Made by a program: the position numbers and the translations under genes. Positions 25,851 to 34,666 of a stretch of 64,000 nucleotides of DNA are shown piece after piece; within the stretch, counting starts at the first letter, position 1; each line of letters opens with the position of its first letter. The notes below the pieces were generated by a model. The model saw only the letters and a program-made list of their open reading frames with translations. It was not told where the DNA came from and did not search any database. Location: assembly GCA_964565195.1 (NCBI GenBank), contig CAZMCQ010000001.1, positions 61,153 to 125,152 of the forward strand, written 5' to 3'. This stretch comes from an uncultured Candidatus Saccharibacteria bacterium. Its GTDB lineage: Bacteria; Patescibacteriota; Doudnabacteria; UBA920; 2-01-FULL-46-14.

Positions 25851-26465
25851 CTACTCTAATTGCCTAATCACGCCGACGACGCGGCCCTGCACAGTCCACT
25901 CGTCCTCGGGATAAATGTTCTGGTACTTCGGGTTTTCAGGTTTGAGATAGCACCGGCCGTGAATTTCGATAAATCTTTTCACCGTGGCTTCGTCGTGCAA
26001 AAGCGCCACGACAATATCATTGTTGCGCACATTGCGCGTCGGCCTGACAATCACCAGATCGCCGTCCAAAATGCCCGCGCCAATCATACTATCCCCCCGC
26101 ACCTTCAATAAAAATACATCCTTGCGATCCCGCACGAGCGATTGCGGCAGGTTGATCCACTCCTCCACATGTTGCTCAACAACCACTGGCCCGCCGGCCG
26201 GCACTCTCCCCAAAAGCGGCACGCTCCACATCCCGGCCTGAATCGCATTGCCAAACTCGTCAAAAACCTCAATGCCGCGCGCCGTGCCATCGCGGCGGAG
26301 CAACCGTTCTTCTTCCAGCGAGCGCAAAATCTTGGCCACGGCATTTTTGGACCGGACTCTGATCGCCCGCGCCATTTCCGAAATAGTCGGGGGCAATCCT
26401 TTATCAATAATTTGCCCTTTAATAAAATCGTATAATTGTTTTTTCCTGGGGTTAATCTTTTTCAT
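25851..26465 (-). CDS. lexA: LexA repressor
   Basis: N-terminal wHTH (GLPPTISEMARAI) and C-terminal S24 peptidase region with the cleavage-site context (VRGDSMIGAGILDGDLVIV). 204 aa. Confidence 0.9.
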   Translation of the reverse strand: MKKINPRKKQLYDFIKGQIIDKGLPPTISEMARAIRVRSKNAVAKILRSLEEERLLRRDGTARGIEVFDEFGNAIQAGMWSVPLLGRVPAGGPVVVEQHVEEWINLPQSLVRDRKDVFLLKVRGDSMIGAGILDGDLVIVRPTRNVRNNDIVVALLHDEATVKRFIEIHGRCYLKPENPKYQNIYPEDEWTVQGRVVGVIRQLE

Positions 26466-26471
26466 ATCTCT

Positions 26472-26530
26472 ATAGTAAACGCTCGTTCACCATTTGTCAA
26501 CCCCGTTAGAAATGGCCATTTCTAACGGGG
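26472..26530 (-). promoter_or_regulatory. lexA promoter with Cheo-like SOS box (GAACGAGCGTTT) and upstream 30-bp perfect palindrome
   Basis: Minus-strand reading is TTGACA-17nt-TACTAT, with the ATG 8 nt downstream. GTGAACGAGCGTTTAC (26475-26490) sits in the spacer. CCCCGTTAGAAATGG/CCATTTCTAACGGGG (26501-26530) abuts the -35. Confidence 0.45.
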
Positions 26531-26551
26531 TCAAATCCACTTGTCCACATC

Positions 26552-26584
26552 AAAAAAATTCCCCCGAATTTTCGGGGGAATTTT
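26552..26584 (-). terminator. Intrinsic terminator (TTCCCCCGAA-TTTTCGGGGGAA plus U-tract) after the acidic micro-protein gene
   Basis: Perfect 10-bp stem with a 7-U tract on the minus strand. Confidence 0.6.
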
Positions 26585-26598
26585 ATTATCCTTTAAGC

Positions 26599-26730
26599 TT
26601 AAGCTTGGGCCTCGCCCGCATCATCACCCTCGCCCGAGTCCTTGTCGTCATCTCCGCCGTTGCCATTATCACCTTCACCGCCAGGCATACCCGGCTGCTG
26701 CGGCATATCCTGCATATAGAGATCGCTCAT
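26599..26730 (-). CDS. Acidic, Gly/Asp-rich 43-aa micro-protein
   Basis: Manual translation gives MSDLYMQDMPQQPGMPGGEGDNGNGGDDDKDSGEGDDAGEAQA. SD AGGAGA lies 9 nt upstream and a strong terminator follows. It is not in the ORF track. Confidence 0.4.
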   Translation of the reverse strand: MSDLYMQDMPQQPGMPGGEGDNGNGGDDDKDSGEGDDAGEAQA

Positions 26731-26801
26731 TTAAAGTTTTCTCCTATGGTTAATGAAACTCCCCTAACTATAAAAGTCAGCAATAATGTTGTCAAATTTT
26801 A

Positions 26802-27062
26802 TCACTTCCGGCTGATGAGAAACCGCAAAAGCTCCAAAAGCTGCGACCAGATATTTTTGAGAATTGGCACGCTCGCCGGCAACAGCACCACGAGCAGCAC
26901 GAGATAAACAAACTGTTTGCGCAAAACCTTGTAAACTCCCAAAACCAAAAGCAGGGCCAGCGCCAGCGAGATGACCCAGTGCACATTTTCCGGAAAATAA
27001 CTCAAGAACTGGTTATAGATATCGTAAATTGGCGAAAGCGAGAAATTTCCAAAATTGGCCAT
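26802..27062 (-). CDS. Small membrane protein (2 TM), hypothetical
   Basis: 86 aa. Its ATG directly abuts the stop of the upstream gene as TAAATG. Confidence 0.5.
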   Translation of the reverse strand: MANFGNFSLSPIYDIYNQFLSYFPENVHWVISLALALLLVLGVYKVLRKQFVYLVLLVVLLPASVPILKNIWSQLLELLRFLISRK

Positions 27063-27620
27063 TTACTTTTTAAGACTGTTAAAGACCACGACGTGGCGGT
27101 TATCGATCACGTCGCGAACGAGGCGGTCGCTCATCGTGCGGCGAAAGTCATATTCCTCCGGATCCATAATAACATAGTTTATTTCCTGCCCGATGAGCTT
27201 TTCAATCTCGGCTATAATTTTGGCGATCCTGGACCGCCGGAGATCGTCCCCGACGAGCAGCAGGTCAACCGGCAAATGCGGCTCACCGGTAAAAATTCCT
27301 GACAATACCGCCAGCCGGATACGATCAATTCTGCGCAACAGCTGGCTGACCTGATCGCGCGGTTCCGGCTTTTCGCCCGCCACCAGATCCTGAAGCTCGT
27401 CATAAAGCGGAAAATAACTGTTGATCTGGAAAAACCGTTTGCCCCGGCGCGTGGCAAGGCGCAGCGCCTCGCCGCGCGCCAGTTCGCGTAAAACCCTGGC
27501 GAGGTTGCGCGCGCCGGTCGCGGCGCGCAGTTCACCCAAGGTAAAACTGCGCGCCGGAAATTTGAAAAAGATATTGAGCAGGCGCTGTTTGGCCTTGGAA
27601 TTGGTGAGCGACTCCAACAT
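27063..27620 (-). CDS. Hypothetical protein (possible winged-helix N-terminus)
   Basis: 185-aa ORF with coding-like composition and no recognisable catalytic motifs. Confidence 0.55.
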   Translation of the reverse strand: MLESLTNSKAKQRLLNIFFKFPARSFTLGELRAATGARNLARVLRELARGEALRLATRRGKRFFQINSYFPLYDELQDLVAGEKPEPRDQVSQLLRRIDRIRLAVLSGIFTGEPHLPVDLLLVGDDLRRSRIAKIIAEIEKLIGQEINYVIMDPEEYDFRRTMSDRLVRDVIDNRHVVVFNSLKK

Positions 27621-27643
27621 GCTTAAAATCTTATCACACCAAA

Positions 27644-29617
27644 TTGACTTGTGCCAGTCCGCGCTTTAAGATGATACTAATGAGCCCTAGCAAACTCAAA
27701 ACCGAGGTCGGGCAAATCTACCTCACCCATCCCAGGGATCACAACTACACCGCGCTTTACGAGGAGGCGCTCACGCGCGGCGGGGAAACCCTGGAACTTT
27801 TTGCCGTCCTGGAGGTGGACGAGCCGGCTGCCCTCACGCCGGCCAAACGTCTCGAATACGAGAAACTCGCCCAAATCCTCGTCCAGACGTTGAAAAAAAC
27901 TTACATCACCGCGCCGCTCCTTGACGGCGAAGCTTTTGAACGCGCCCTCGCCGCGGTCAATGCCGCTTTGGCGCGCCTCGCACGCGGCAGCCGCGCCGGC
28001 TGGCTTGCGCGCCTGCACGTGGCCCTGGCCGCGCTTCACAAAAACGAGCTTTCGGTGGCGAGCGCTGGCCAGGCCCAGGTTTTTCTGCTCCGCGGCGATG
28101 AGCTTACCGTATTGAACGAAGGCCTGTCCGAAACCAGGATCAACCCGGTCAAAATTTTCGGAAATTACGCGTCCGGCCGGCTCACCGCCGGCGACCGCGT
28201 CATGGTGAGCACGAATCAGCTTATGAACTATCTCTCCATCGAGCGTATCCGTGAGTTCCTCGCCGAAGACGAGCTCGGGGAAGCCTGCCACGAAATCATC
28301 GCCGCTCTGGCGGATGTCAAAACCGCGGGTTTTGCCACCTTTATTTTTGAGATGACCGGGCCGCGCGCGGCAAAGGTCCCGGTGGAAAGCCTGCCGGCCT
28401 GGGTGCCTTCCGAGCGAGCCAGGAGCACGGCGAAAAACCTGGCCGCCTTCGCCGGCTCACTCACGCTCTTCCTTCTGCAGCTCCTCTGGCGGGGAATAAA
28501 AAACCTCGGGGCGCTGCTTAAGCGGTCGCGGCGTAAAAAAATTCTCGTAATTGCGATTGGCGCGCTCCTGGTGCTCTTGCTCGGCAATATCACTCTGGGC
28601 GCAGTGCGCCGCTTTACCGATAACAAAAACGTCAGCGCGACCGAGGCCGCGGCCGCCATCGAACGCAGCCTGAATGACGCCGAAGCGGTACTCATCTACA
28701 ACGACGATGACCGCGCCACGACTCTCATTAGCGAAGCCGAAGGCCTCCTCCGAAATTTCCAAGGCGAACAGAAACCGGCGCTCGAGACGCGCCTTGCGGA
28801 GATAAAAAACAAGGTCAGCCGCACGACCGTGGCGGAAAATCCGACTGTCCTTACCACCTTTTCCAATATTCCGACTGACCTTGCCGCCTCCCCGCAGGGC
28901 TTTTTGGGTTTCAACCAGGACACCGGCAGCATCGCCTTTTACAATTTCACGACCGGCGAGACCAAACCCGCGCTCAAGGGCCAGAATTTGAACGATCTGG
29001 CCGCGGCGGTTTATCTCGGCCCGACCACTGGCTATGTCTTCCTGACCAAGACCGGCAAATTTTTCAAGCTGAATTTATCCGGCGATACGCTGGAGCCCTT
29101 TGGCGCGGCTGCCGCCGGCGACGACAATCTCGCGCACGGCAAGGATCTCGCGGCGCTCGGCGAAGAGAATAGCGCGCGGCTCTACGTTTTGGGCCAGACG
29201 CAAAAAGACATCTGGCGCGCAGGGGTCGCGGACGGCGTGCCGGAGCCCTCGCGAAAATGGCTGAAAGAAGACGCTGATTTTACCGGCGCGCTGAACCTCG
29301 CCGTGGACGGCAGCATTTATCTCGCCTACCCTGACCACGTGGAGAAATATTTCAACGGCGCAAAACAGAACTTTTCCCTTTCCCAGGTTTTGCCCCCGCT
29401 GCAAAACGCCGCGAAAATTTTCACCACAGCCAACCTGCAGTCGTTATATGTTCTGGATCCGGCAAGGGAGCGCATTCTCATTTTCACCAAGGCCGGCAAA
29501 CTCTCGCGGCAAATCACCTCGGACAAATTTAAAGAGCTCACCGACCTTTTCGTCGATGAGCCCAATAAGCTGCTCTACGTCCTCTCGGGCGGCGAGCTTT
29601 TAAAGATCGGGTTCTAG
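27644..29617 (+). CDS. Large membrane-anchored hypothetical protein; N-terminal region with degenerate PP2C-like pattern, central TM, C-terminal extracytoplasmic beta-rich domain
   Basis: 657 aa. SVASAGQAQVFLLRGDELTVLNEGL...GDRVMVSTNQLMN resembles PP2C motif spacing. A TM lies near residue 270-300. The true start may be Met-10 or Met-13. Confidence 0.65.
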   Translation: MTCASPRFKMILMSPSKLKTEVGQIYLTHPRDHNYTALYEEALTRGGETLELFAVLEVDEPAALTPAKRLEYEKLAQILVQTLKKTYITAPLLDGEAFERALAAVNAALARLARGSRAGWLARLHVALAALHKNELSVASAGQAQVFLLRGDELTVLNEGLSETRINPVKIFGNYASGRLTAGDRVMVSTNQLMNYLSIERIREFLAEDELGEACHEIIAALADVKTAGFATFIFEMTGPRAAKVPVESLPAWVPSERARSTAKNLAAFAGSLTLFLLQLLWRGIKNLGALLKRSRRKKILVIAIGALLVLLLGNITLGAVRRFTDNKNVSATEAAAAIERSLNDAEAVLIYNDDDRATTLISEAEGLLRNFQGEQKPALETRLAEIKNKVSRTTVAENPTVLTTFSNIPTDLAASPQGFLGFNQDTGSIAFYNFTTGETKPALKGQNLNDLAAAVYLGPTTGYVFLTKTGKFFKLNLSGDTLEPFGAAAAGDDNLAHGKDLAALGEENSARLYVLGQTQKDIWRAGVADGVPEPSRKWLKEDADFTGALNLAVDGSIYLAYPDHVEKYFNGAKQNFSLSQVLPPLQNAAKIFTTANLQSLYVLDPARERILIFTKAGKLSRQITSDKFKELTDLFVDEPNKLLYVLSGGELLKIGF

Positions 29618-29618
29618 G

Positions 29619-30026
29619 TTACTTCAAATTTACCTTCGCGCCAGCGTCTTCGAGCTTTTTCTGAAGCTCCAGGGCCTCGGCTTTCGGCACGTTCTCTTTG
29701 ATGGCTTTCGGCGCGCCGTCCACGAGGTCCTTGGCGTCTTTGAGGCCCTTGCCCGTGATTTCGCGGACCACTTTGATGACCGCGATCTTGTTCGGGCCGG
29801 CTTCGGCCAGTTCGATGGTGAAGTCAGTCTTTTCTTCCTCCTTCACTGAAGCTTCGGAGGACGCAGTCGTCCCGCTCATTACTGCGGGGGGCGCGGCCGA
29901 GACGCCGAATTTGCCCTCGAGCACCTTGACGAGCTCGGAGAGTTCCAGCGCGCTCAATTTCTCAATGCTCTCCACGAGACCTTGAAATTTCGCCGGAACC
30001 TCAACTGCAGTTTTTTCTTCTGCCAT
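29619..30026 (-). CDS. rplL: 50S ribosomal protein L7/L12
   Basis: [14 protein letters not shown]...[19 protein letters not shown] is the canonical L12 N-terminal and C-terminal domain pattern. Confidence 0.9.
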   Translation of the reverse strand: MAEEKTAVEVPAKFQGLVESIEKLSALELSELVKVLEGKFGVSAAPPAVMSGTTASSEASVKEEEKTDFTIELAEAGPNKIAVIKVVREITGKGLKDAKDLVDGAPKAIKENVPKAEALELQKKLEDAGAKVNLK

Positions 30027-30074
30027 AATGTCCTTTCTTTAAATTAAAAATTCAAAATTTTTTATTTTACATTG

Positions 30075-30599
30075 TCATTTTCCATTTTGATATTTAATTT
30101 TTGCATTTAAGACAGTTAGAAGTCCCCGAATATTTCCAGAAAGCACTGACGCGAGCCCGCGCAAGGGCGAGGCAATGACATACACCAGCTGCCCCTGCAG
30201 TTCGAATTTTGTCGGCAAGGCGGCCAAAGCTTTAACCTCTGGGCCTCCAATAAATCTTCCATCCAAAATGCCGGCAATGATTTTCAGATGTTCGTGTTTT
30301 TTCGCGAACGTCTGCAAAGTCCTGGCTGGTGCCACTTCATCATCTTTGGAATAGCTCACGGACAGCGGCTGGCCGAAGCTGAATTTGGCCGTATCTATGC
30401 CCGCCATCTCCAGCGCGCGCTTCAAAAGCGTGAGCTTGATGACCTTGTATTTGACACTCTCGCGGCGAAGCGTGAAACGCAGTTCCTGAATGTCGCGGTT
30501 CGGCAAGCCCTGGTAATCAGAAAACACCACGGCCCGCGCGCCTTTGAGCTCGCTGGCTAACTCCTCCACGATCTGCTTTTTTTGCGCTTTGGTTAACAT
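30075..30599 (-). CDS. rplJ: 50S ribosomal protein L10
   Basis: MLTKAQKKQIVEELASELKGARAVVFSDYQGL is the L10 signature. Lies upstream of rplL. Confidence 0.9.
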   Translation of the reverse strand: MLTKAQKKQIVEELASELKGARAVVFSDYQGLPNRDIQELRFTLRRESVKYKVIKLTLLKRALEMAGIDTAKFSFGQPLSVSYSKDDEVAPARTLQTFAKKHEHLKIIAGILDGRFIGGPEVKALAALPTKFELQGQLVYVIASPLRGLASVLSGNIRGLLTVLNAKIKYQNGK

Positions 30600-30790
30600 C
30601 TTTACGAAGTACGAATTATTACGAATACGAATGCTAATAAAAATCGGCCATCGCCGAAGAATTTAGATTACCTATAAGCTATATCCTAATAGCTATAAGC
30701 TAATTTACTCCTCGGCAGGTCTTATGATTGCCCGCGGTCTTTGGAAATATTTAATTGTAACACTATAATACCGCCCCCAAATCTTTCTGT
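30600..30790 (-). promoter_or_regulatory. rplJ leader / promoter region containing four tandem TACGAA hexamers and an AAGCTATAAGCTAA motif shared with 36111-36165
   Basis: 190-nt untranslated region upstream of rplJ. TACGAA repeats lie at 30603-30632. CCTATAAGCTATATCCTAATAGCTATAAGCTAA lies at 30671-30702. Confidence 0.5.
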
Positions 30791-30793
30791 CAA

Positions 30794-31042
30794 TCACGCC
30801 AGAACCTCGTCATTTTCATGGACTTTCTGCTCCACCTTGATGCCCACTTCCTGTCCGGCTTTGGCCGCGGCCAGGGCCTGGTGCTCATACTGCAGCTCGC
30901 GGATTTCCTGCGTAAAATCATCATGCGCGCCCTTAAAATGCACCTTATCCCCAACTTTCAAGGGCTTTTGAAGCTTGACGATGGCCACGCCCAATTTGCC
31001 ATAGTAATGGGTAACCTTGCCGATCTTTTTTTCTTCCGCCAT
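30794..31042 (-). CDS. Stand-alone EF-Tu domain-2-like beta-barrel protein (82 aa), hypothetical
   Basis: G.V...G.LKVGDKV.F.G.....I.EL......AAKAGQEVGI.V......DEVL matches the translation-protein beta-barrel pattern. Confidence 0.5.
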   Translation of the reverse strand: MAEEKKIGKVTHYYGKLGVAIVKLQKPLKVGDKVHFKGAHDDFTQEIRELQYEHQALAAAKAGQEVGIKVEQKVHENDEVLA

Positions 31043-31144
31043 ACTCTCTCACCTCCCTTCCTAAATATTATAGCATAAAAGCGGTCCACCAATTAAAAAG
31101 GCCCGGGAGAGAACTGAAAACGCAAGTTCTCTCCAGGCCTTTAG

Positions 31145-32848
31145 CTAAACTGCAACCTCCTTGAACGATTGCGCGACCTGCAGCAATAGTCGCGCAATCT
31201 GCGTCCCAGACGGAGTGCGGTCCTGACGGCTGTCAGCGGCAACGATCGTGTAGTTGCCCTCTTTTACAAACTCATCAAAAGACATTATTACGCCGTGACG
31301 CAAAAGCGAGTCCCTGGTTCGGCGAAAATTTTCCGCATGGAATGATCGCTCGAGTTCTTTGGTGTAAAAACGCCACACCTTTGCGCCCAGAGTCTGCCGG
31401 CGCCGATGATGCGCGCGAACTCCGCTTTGGCTCTGCCCCCAAAGGACAACGAGAATGGTTTTCGCCATATCCGCGTCAATTTCTGATCCAAAAAACTGAT
31501 CCAGAATAGACAGTTGCTGAAAAAGCAATCGCCCTTTGCGCAAATGGCGAACTGGCAGAATCGGACGGTCATTTTGTGCGTTTTCCAACGCCCTGTTGCT
31601 GTGCTCTGACCGGATCTTCTCGTTCTCGAGGCGAATCACGGCCTGAAGTTTCGCGATCCGTTCCGCCGTTGTCTGCTCCTCCATGGCTTCGCGGTAACGG
31701 TTCTGAATTTCATCGCGGGCGGTCTGAACCCGATTGAGTTTCCGGGTGTACAAAGCGATCAAACCCTCGAGACGGCGCTTCAAGTGCGACTCCATATCCG
31801 CGACCGGTAATGGAGCTACCGCCCAAGCCGCTGCCCGCATTTCCGCGCGGCGCTGCATTTCGAGCATGCGCGCTCTCTCCAAAACTTCCTGCCTAATGGC
31901 GCGAAAGGTTGTGCGATAGCGGACTTCCAACCCCGCCAAATCCGCGGTTCGAATAAATTCCAGAAACTGCGGCAGGCGGACTTCCCTTCTGACCGGTAGC
32001 GGAATTCTTTGATACTCCTCGGCAAGCTTTTGTTCCAAAAAACTCCCGTAAACGCCATAGAGTCCTGCCAGAGTAAAAAAACAAAACAGAAAAGCTGCCG
32101 GAGTAAACCACCAGCGGACGATGCGCCGAAAACTGAAGAGTCTCTCTCCAGTTGCCAGGCGCACGGCCTCGACGAAATCGGAATAAGGCGGCAAGCGCGT
32201 CTGCCACAGGCCGACGATCTCGTCGAACTGCTCGTAAAAATTCCGCTGGGGTGGCTCACTCATGGCCTGCCAGTGGAAATCCACGAACTCGCTGCGCGTG
32301 AGCCGCGCGTACAACGGAAACTTCATTATCTGCGGTCCGGCCGGTAAACGACCCAAAACCCGGGTATAATCCCCGGCACGAAACACCACAACCGGCGGCG
32401 GCACACCGTTCTGCATTACGGTGCTGCTGCCGCCATAGACGGCAAACAACAAAAGCCTGCTGTCGTCCACGAGTATAAACTCGGCGATCGTCGAGTCCAG
32501 GCGCGCTCTGGTAAAACGCGGATCGTTCGTAAGCGCCCCGCGCAGCGCTTGATGGTTTTTCTCTTCCCAGCCCGGGTCAGCCGGCGGAAAAGTCGCTCCT
32601 GTTTCACGCTCGAACTCCCCTTCGGAAAGCTCTGGCTCATACCGGAGGACGACCGGCATGCCGGTGGCGCGGTGCCACTCGGTCATCAGCTGCTGCACAA
32701 AGTAGAACTCATACTCCGGTTCGCCTGTCGCGCGTTCCGCTAAGCCCGGCCAGTAACCGAAAGCTAAACCCGCCGCTGCCGCGAGTACCCCGAAACACAA
32801 CGCCGCCAGAGAGCCCAATGCATACCACCGCAATCGTGAAAAATTCAT
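31145..32848 (-). CDS. Large hypothetical membrane protein with coiled-coil segment
   Basis: 567 aa with N-terminal and internal TM segments and an Arg/Glu-rich coiled coil. No family recognised. Confidence 0.65.
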   Translation of the reverse strand: MNFSRLRWYALGSLAALCFGVLAAAAGLAFGYWPGLAERATGEPEYEFYFVQQLMTEWHRATGMPVVLRYEPELSEGEFERETGATFPPADPGWEEKNHQALRGALTNDPRFTRARLDSTIAEFILVDDSRLLLFAVYGGSSTVMQNGVPPPVVVFRAGDYTRVLGRLPAGPQIMKFPLYARLTRSEFVDFHWQAMSEPPQRNFYEQFDEIVGLWQTRLPPYSDFVEAVRLATGERLFSFRRIVRWWFTPAAFLFCFFTLAGLYGVYGSFLEQKLAEEYQRIPLPVRREVRLPQFLEFIRTADLAGLEVRYRTTFRAIRQEVLERARMLEMQRRAEMRAAAWAVAPLPVADMESHLKRRLEGLIALYTRKLNRVQTARDEIQNRYREAMEEQTTAERIAKLQAVIRLENEKIRSEHSNRALENAQNDRPILPVRHLRKGRLLFQQLSILDQFFGSEIDADMAKTILVVLWGQSQSGVRAHHRRRQTLGAKVWRFYTKELERSFHAENFRRTRDSLLRHGVIMSFDEFVKEGNYTIVAADSRQDRTPSGTQIARLLLQVAQSFKEVAV

Positions 32849-32915
32849 CTCCCCCTCCTTCGCCCCTAGATATTAGGTGCCAAAAACCTGCCCCTAGTTT
32901 ATACTCTCCGGAGTT

Positions 32916-33947
32916 TTATTTCAAATACCGCGCGCGGTTGGCTTTGTGCTCCGCAAGCGTGCGGGCGAAATGCGCGACTCCCTCCTCGTCCGTGACAAAA
33001 TAAAAATAATTGGTCGCAATCGGGTTGGTCGCGGCGCGGATCGCGTCCAGCGACGGATTGGCAATAGGCCCGGGCGGCAGGCCGCGATTTTGATAAGTAT
33101 TGTAGGGCGATTTAATTTTCGTTTCTTCGAGGGTGGCGCGACTCAAGTTGCTGCCCGTAATATATGCGACTGTCGCGTCGCTCTCGAGCGGCATCTTCTC
33201 CTCCAGGCGATTGAGAAAAATTCCCGCCACGATGCGCCGCTCCTCGGCGATGCGGGCCAGTTCGGTCTCGGAAAGGCGAGTTCCCGGCTTCACGTTCCGG
33301 CCCACCTCGCGCTCCACTATAGAAGCCAATATCACGACATCGTTGAGCGTGCGATTCCGTGCTGCAATCTCCGCGCGCAGCGCCTCGTCCACCTTGCGGT
33401 CAAAGTTCGCTTTCATTTTTTTCACCACATCCTCGGGCTTCGCGTCGCGGGCGATGAAATAAGTATCCGGAAACAAATAGCCCTCGAGACTGTTTTTTTC
33501 AAGCGGCTCGCCCGTGGCGCGGTAAAATTCGCTCGCGCTCGCAACGCCCAATTTTGCCAAAGCGCCCGCGATATCCCGCAGGTTCCAGCCCTCAATCACC
33601 GTGAGCCGCACCTCGTTTGGAATCACGCGCCCCGCCGCAAGTGCGGCCGCGATCTCGCGCATGGACAGCGCGGCCGACAAATGATACGCTCCGGCCTGCA
33701 GCTTGCCGCTACTGCCCAGGAAGCGGACATACAGGCGAAACACCAGGGCATTGCTGATCAAATCCTGCTCTGCAAGCGCGGCCGCGATCTCGTGCGTGGT
33801 CTGCCCCGGGGCGATGAGAAAAGTTTTTTCCGCACCCTGGACTGAATAGGGCCGGTTAACTTTGACCGCGGCATACACCAAAAACGCCGCGCCAAAAACA
33901 AGCGCGAGGATGACGAGCCATTGAATAAGTTTTAGAGTAAAGCGCAT
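32916..33947 (-). CDS. mltG: Endolytic murein transglycosylase MltG (YceG family)
   Basis: N-terminal TM, then the YceG-like fold (LQAGAYHL...GLPPGPIANP). 343 aa. Confidence 0.85.
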   Translation of the reverse strand: MRFTLKLIQWLVILALVFGAAFLVYAAVKVNRPYSVQGAEKTFLIAPGQTTHEIAAALAEQDLISNALVFRLYVRFLGSSGKLQAGAYHLSAALSMREIAAALAAGRVIPNEVRLTVIEGWNLRDIAGALAKLGVASASEFYRATGEPLEKNSLEGYLFPDTYFIARDAKPEDVVKKMKANFDRKVDEALRAEIAARNRTLNDVVILASIVEREVGRNVKPGTRLSETELARIAEERRIVAGIFLNRLEEKMPLESDATVAYITGSNLSRATLEETKIKSPYNTYQNRGLPPGPIANPSLDAIRAATNPIATNYFYFVTDEEGVAHFARTLAEHKANRARYLK

Positions 33948-33957
33948 ATAAGGCAGT

Positions 33958-34575
33958 TCATTTCACAAAGGGCACGAAGGCAAAGCCGGGATAATCTTTT
34001 TCCCGGAGCTTATCCGCCGCGGTTTTTTCGATTAATTTTACTGATTGGATAAATTCCCCGCCGACCGGGATGACCATCCGCCCCGGCACTCCCAACTGCT
34101 GTTTTAAAACCCGCGGCACCGCTCGCGCCGCGGCCGAGACCAAAATCCGGTCAAACGGCGCGCGAGCGGGCAATCCTTCCCAGCCCGACTGTCTTTTTAG
34201 CTCCAAATTCGGATAATGGAACTTCTCAAAATTGGCCCTGGCGAATTCGCAAAGCTCCGGCACCACCTCCAGCGCGTAAACTTTACCCTTTGGTCCCACA
34301 ATATGCGCCAAAAGCGCGGCTGTCCAGCCACTCCCTGCGCCAATGTCCAAAATCTTCTGCCCCGGCTGCGGCTGCAGCAACTCCAGCATAAACGCCACGG
34401 TGTAGGGCTGGGAAATGGTCTGGCCTGCTCCGATCGGCAGCGGCATATCCTCGTAGGCGAGGTCCGCGTACTCGGAGGCAACGAACCGCCGCCGGTCGTT
34501 GGCGAGAAAAGCTTCAATAATCTTCGGGCTTTTTAACACCCCCAACTTTTTGAGATTGTTAACGAGCTCGCGCAT
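33958..34575 (-). CDS. pcm: Protein-L-isoaspartate O-methyltransferase
   Basis: ILDIGAGSGWTAALLAHIVGPKGKVYALE is the SAM motif, in the PCMT family context. 205 aa. Confidence 0.85.
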   Translation of the reverse strand: MRELVNNLKKLGVLKSPKIIEAFLANDRRRFVASEYADLAYEDMPLPIGAGQTISQPYTVAFMLELLQPQPGQKILDIGAGSGWTAALLAHIVGPKGKVYALEVVPELCEFARANFEKFHYPNLELKRQSGWEGLPARAPFDRILVSAAARAVPRVLKQQLGVPGRMVIPVGGEFIQSVKLIEKTAADKLREKDYPGFAFVPFVK

Positions 34576-34666
34576 ATCTGGAGTATATCAGACCTGGACA
34601 GGACGTAAAAATTATGCTATAATGATTTTGTTAAATTACGTTACAAGAAACAAAAATTAAAACTGA

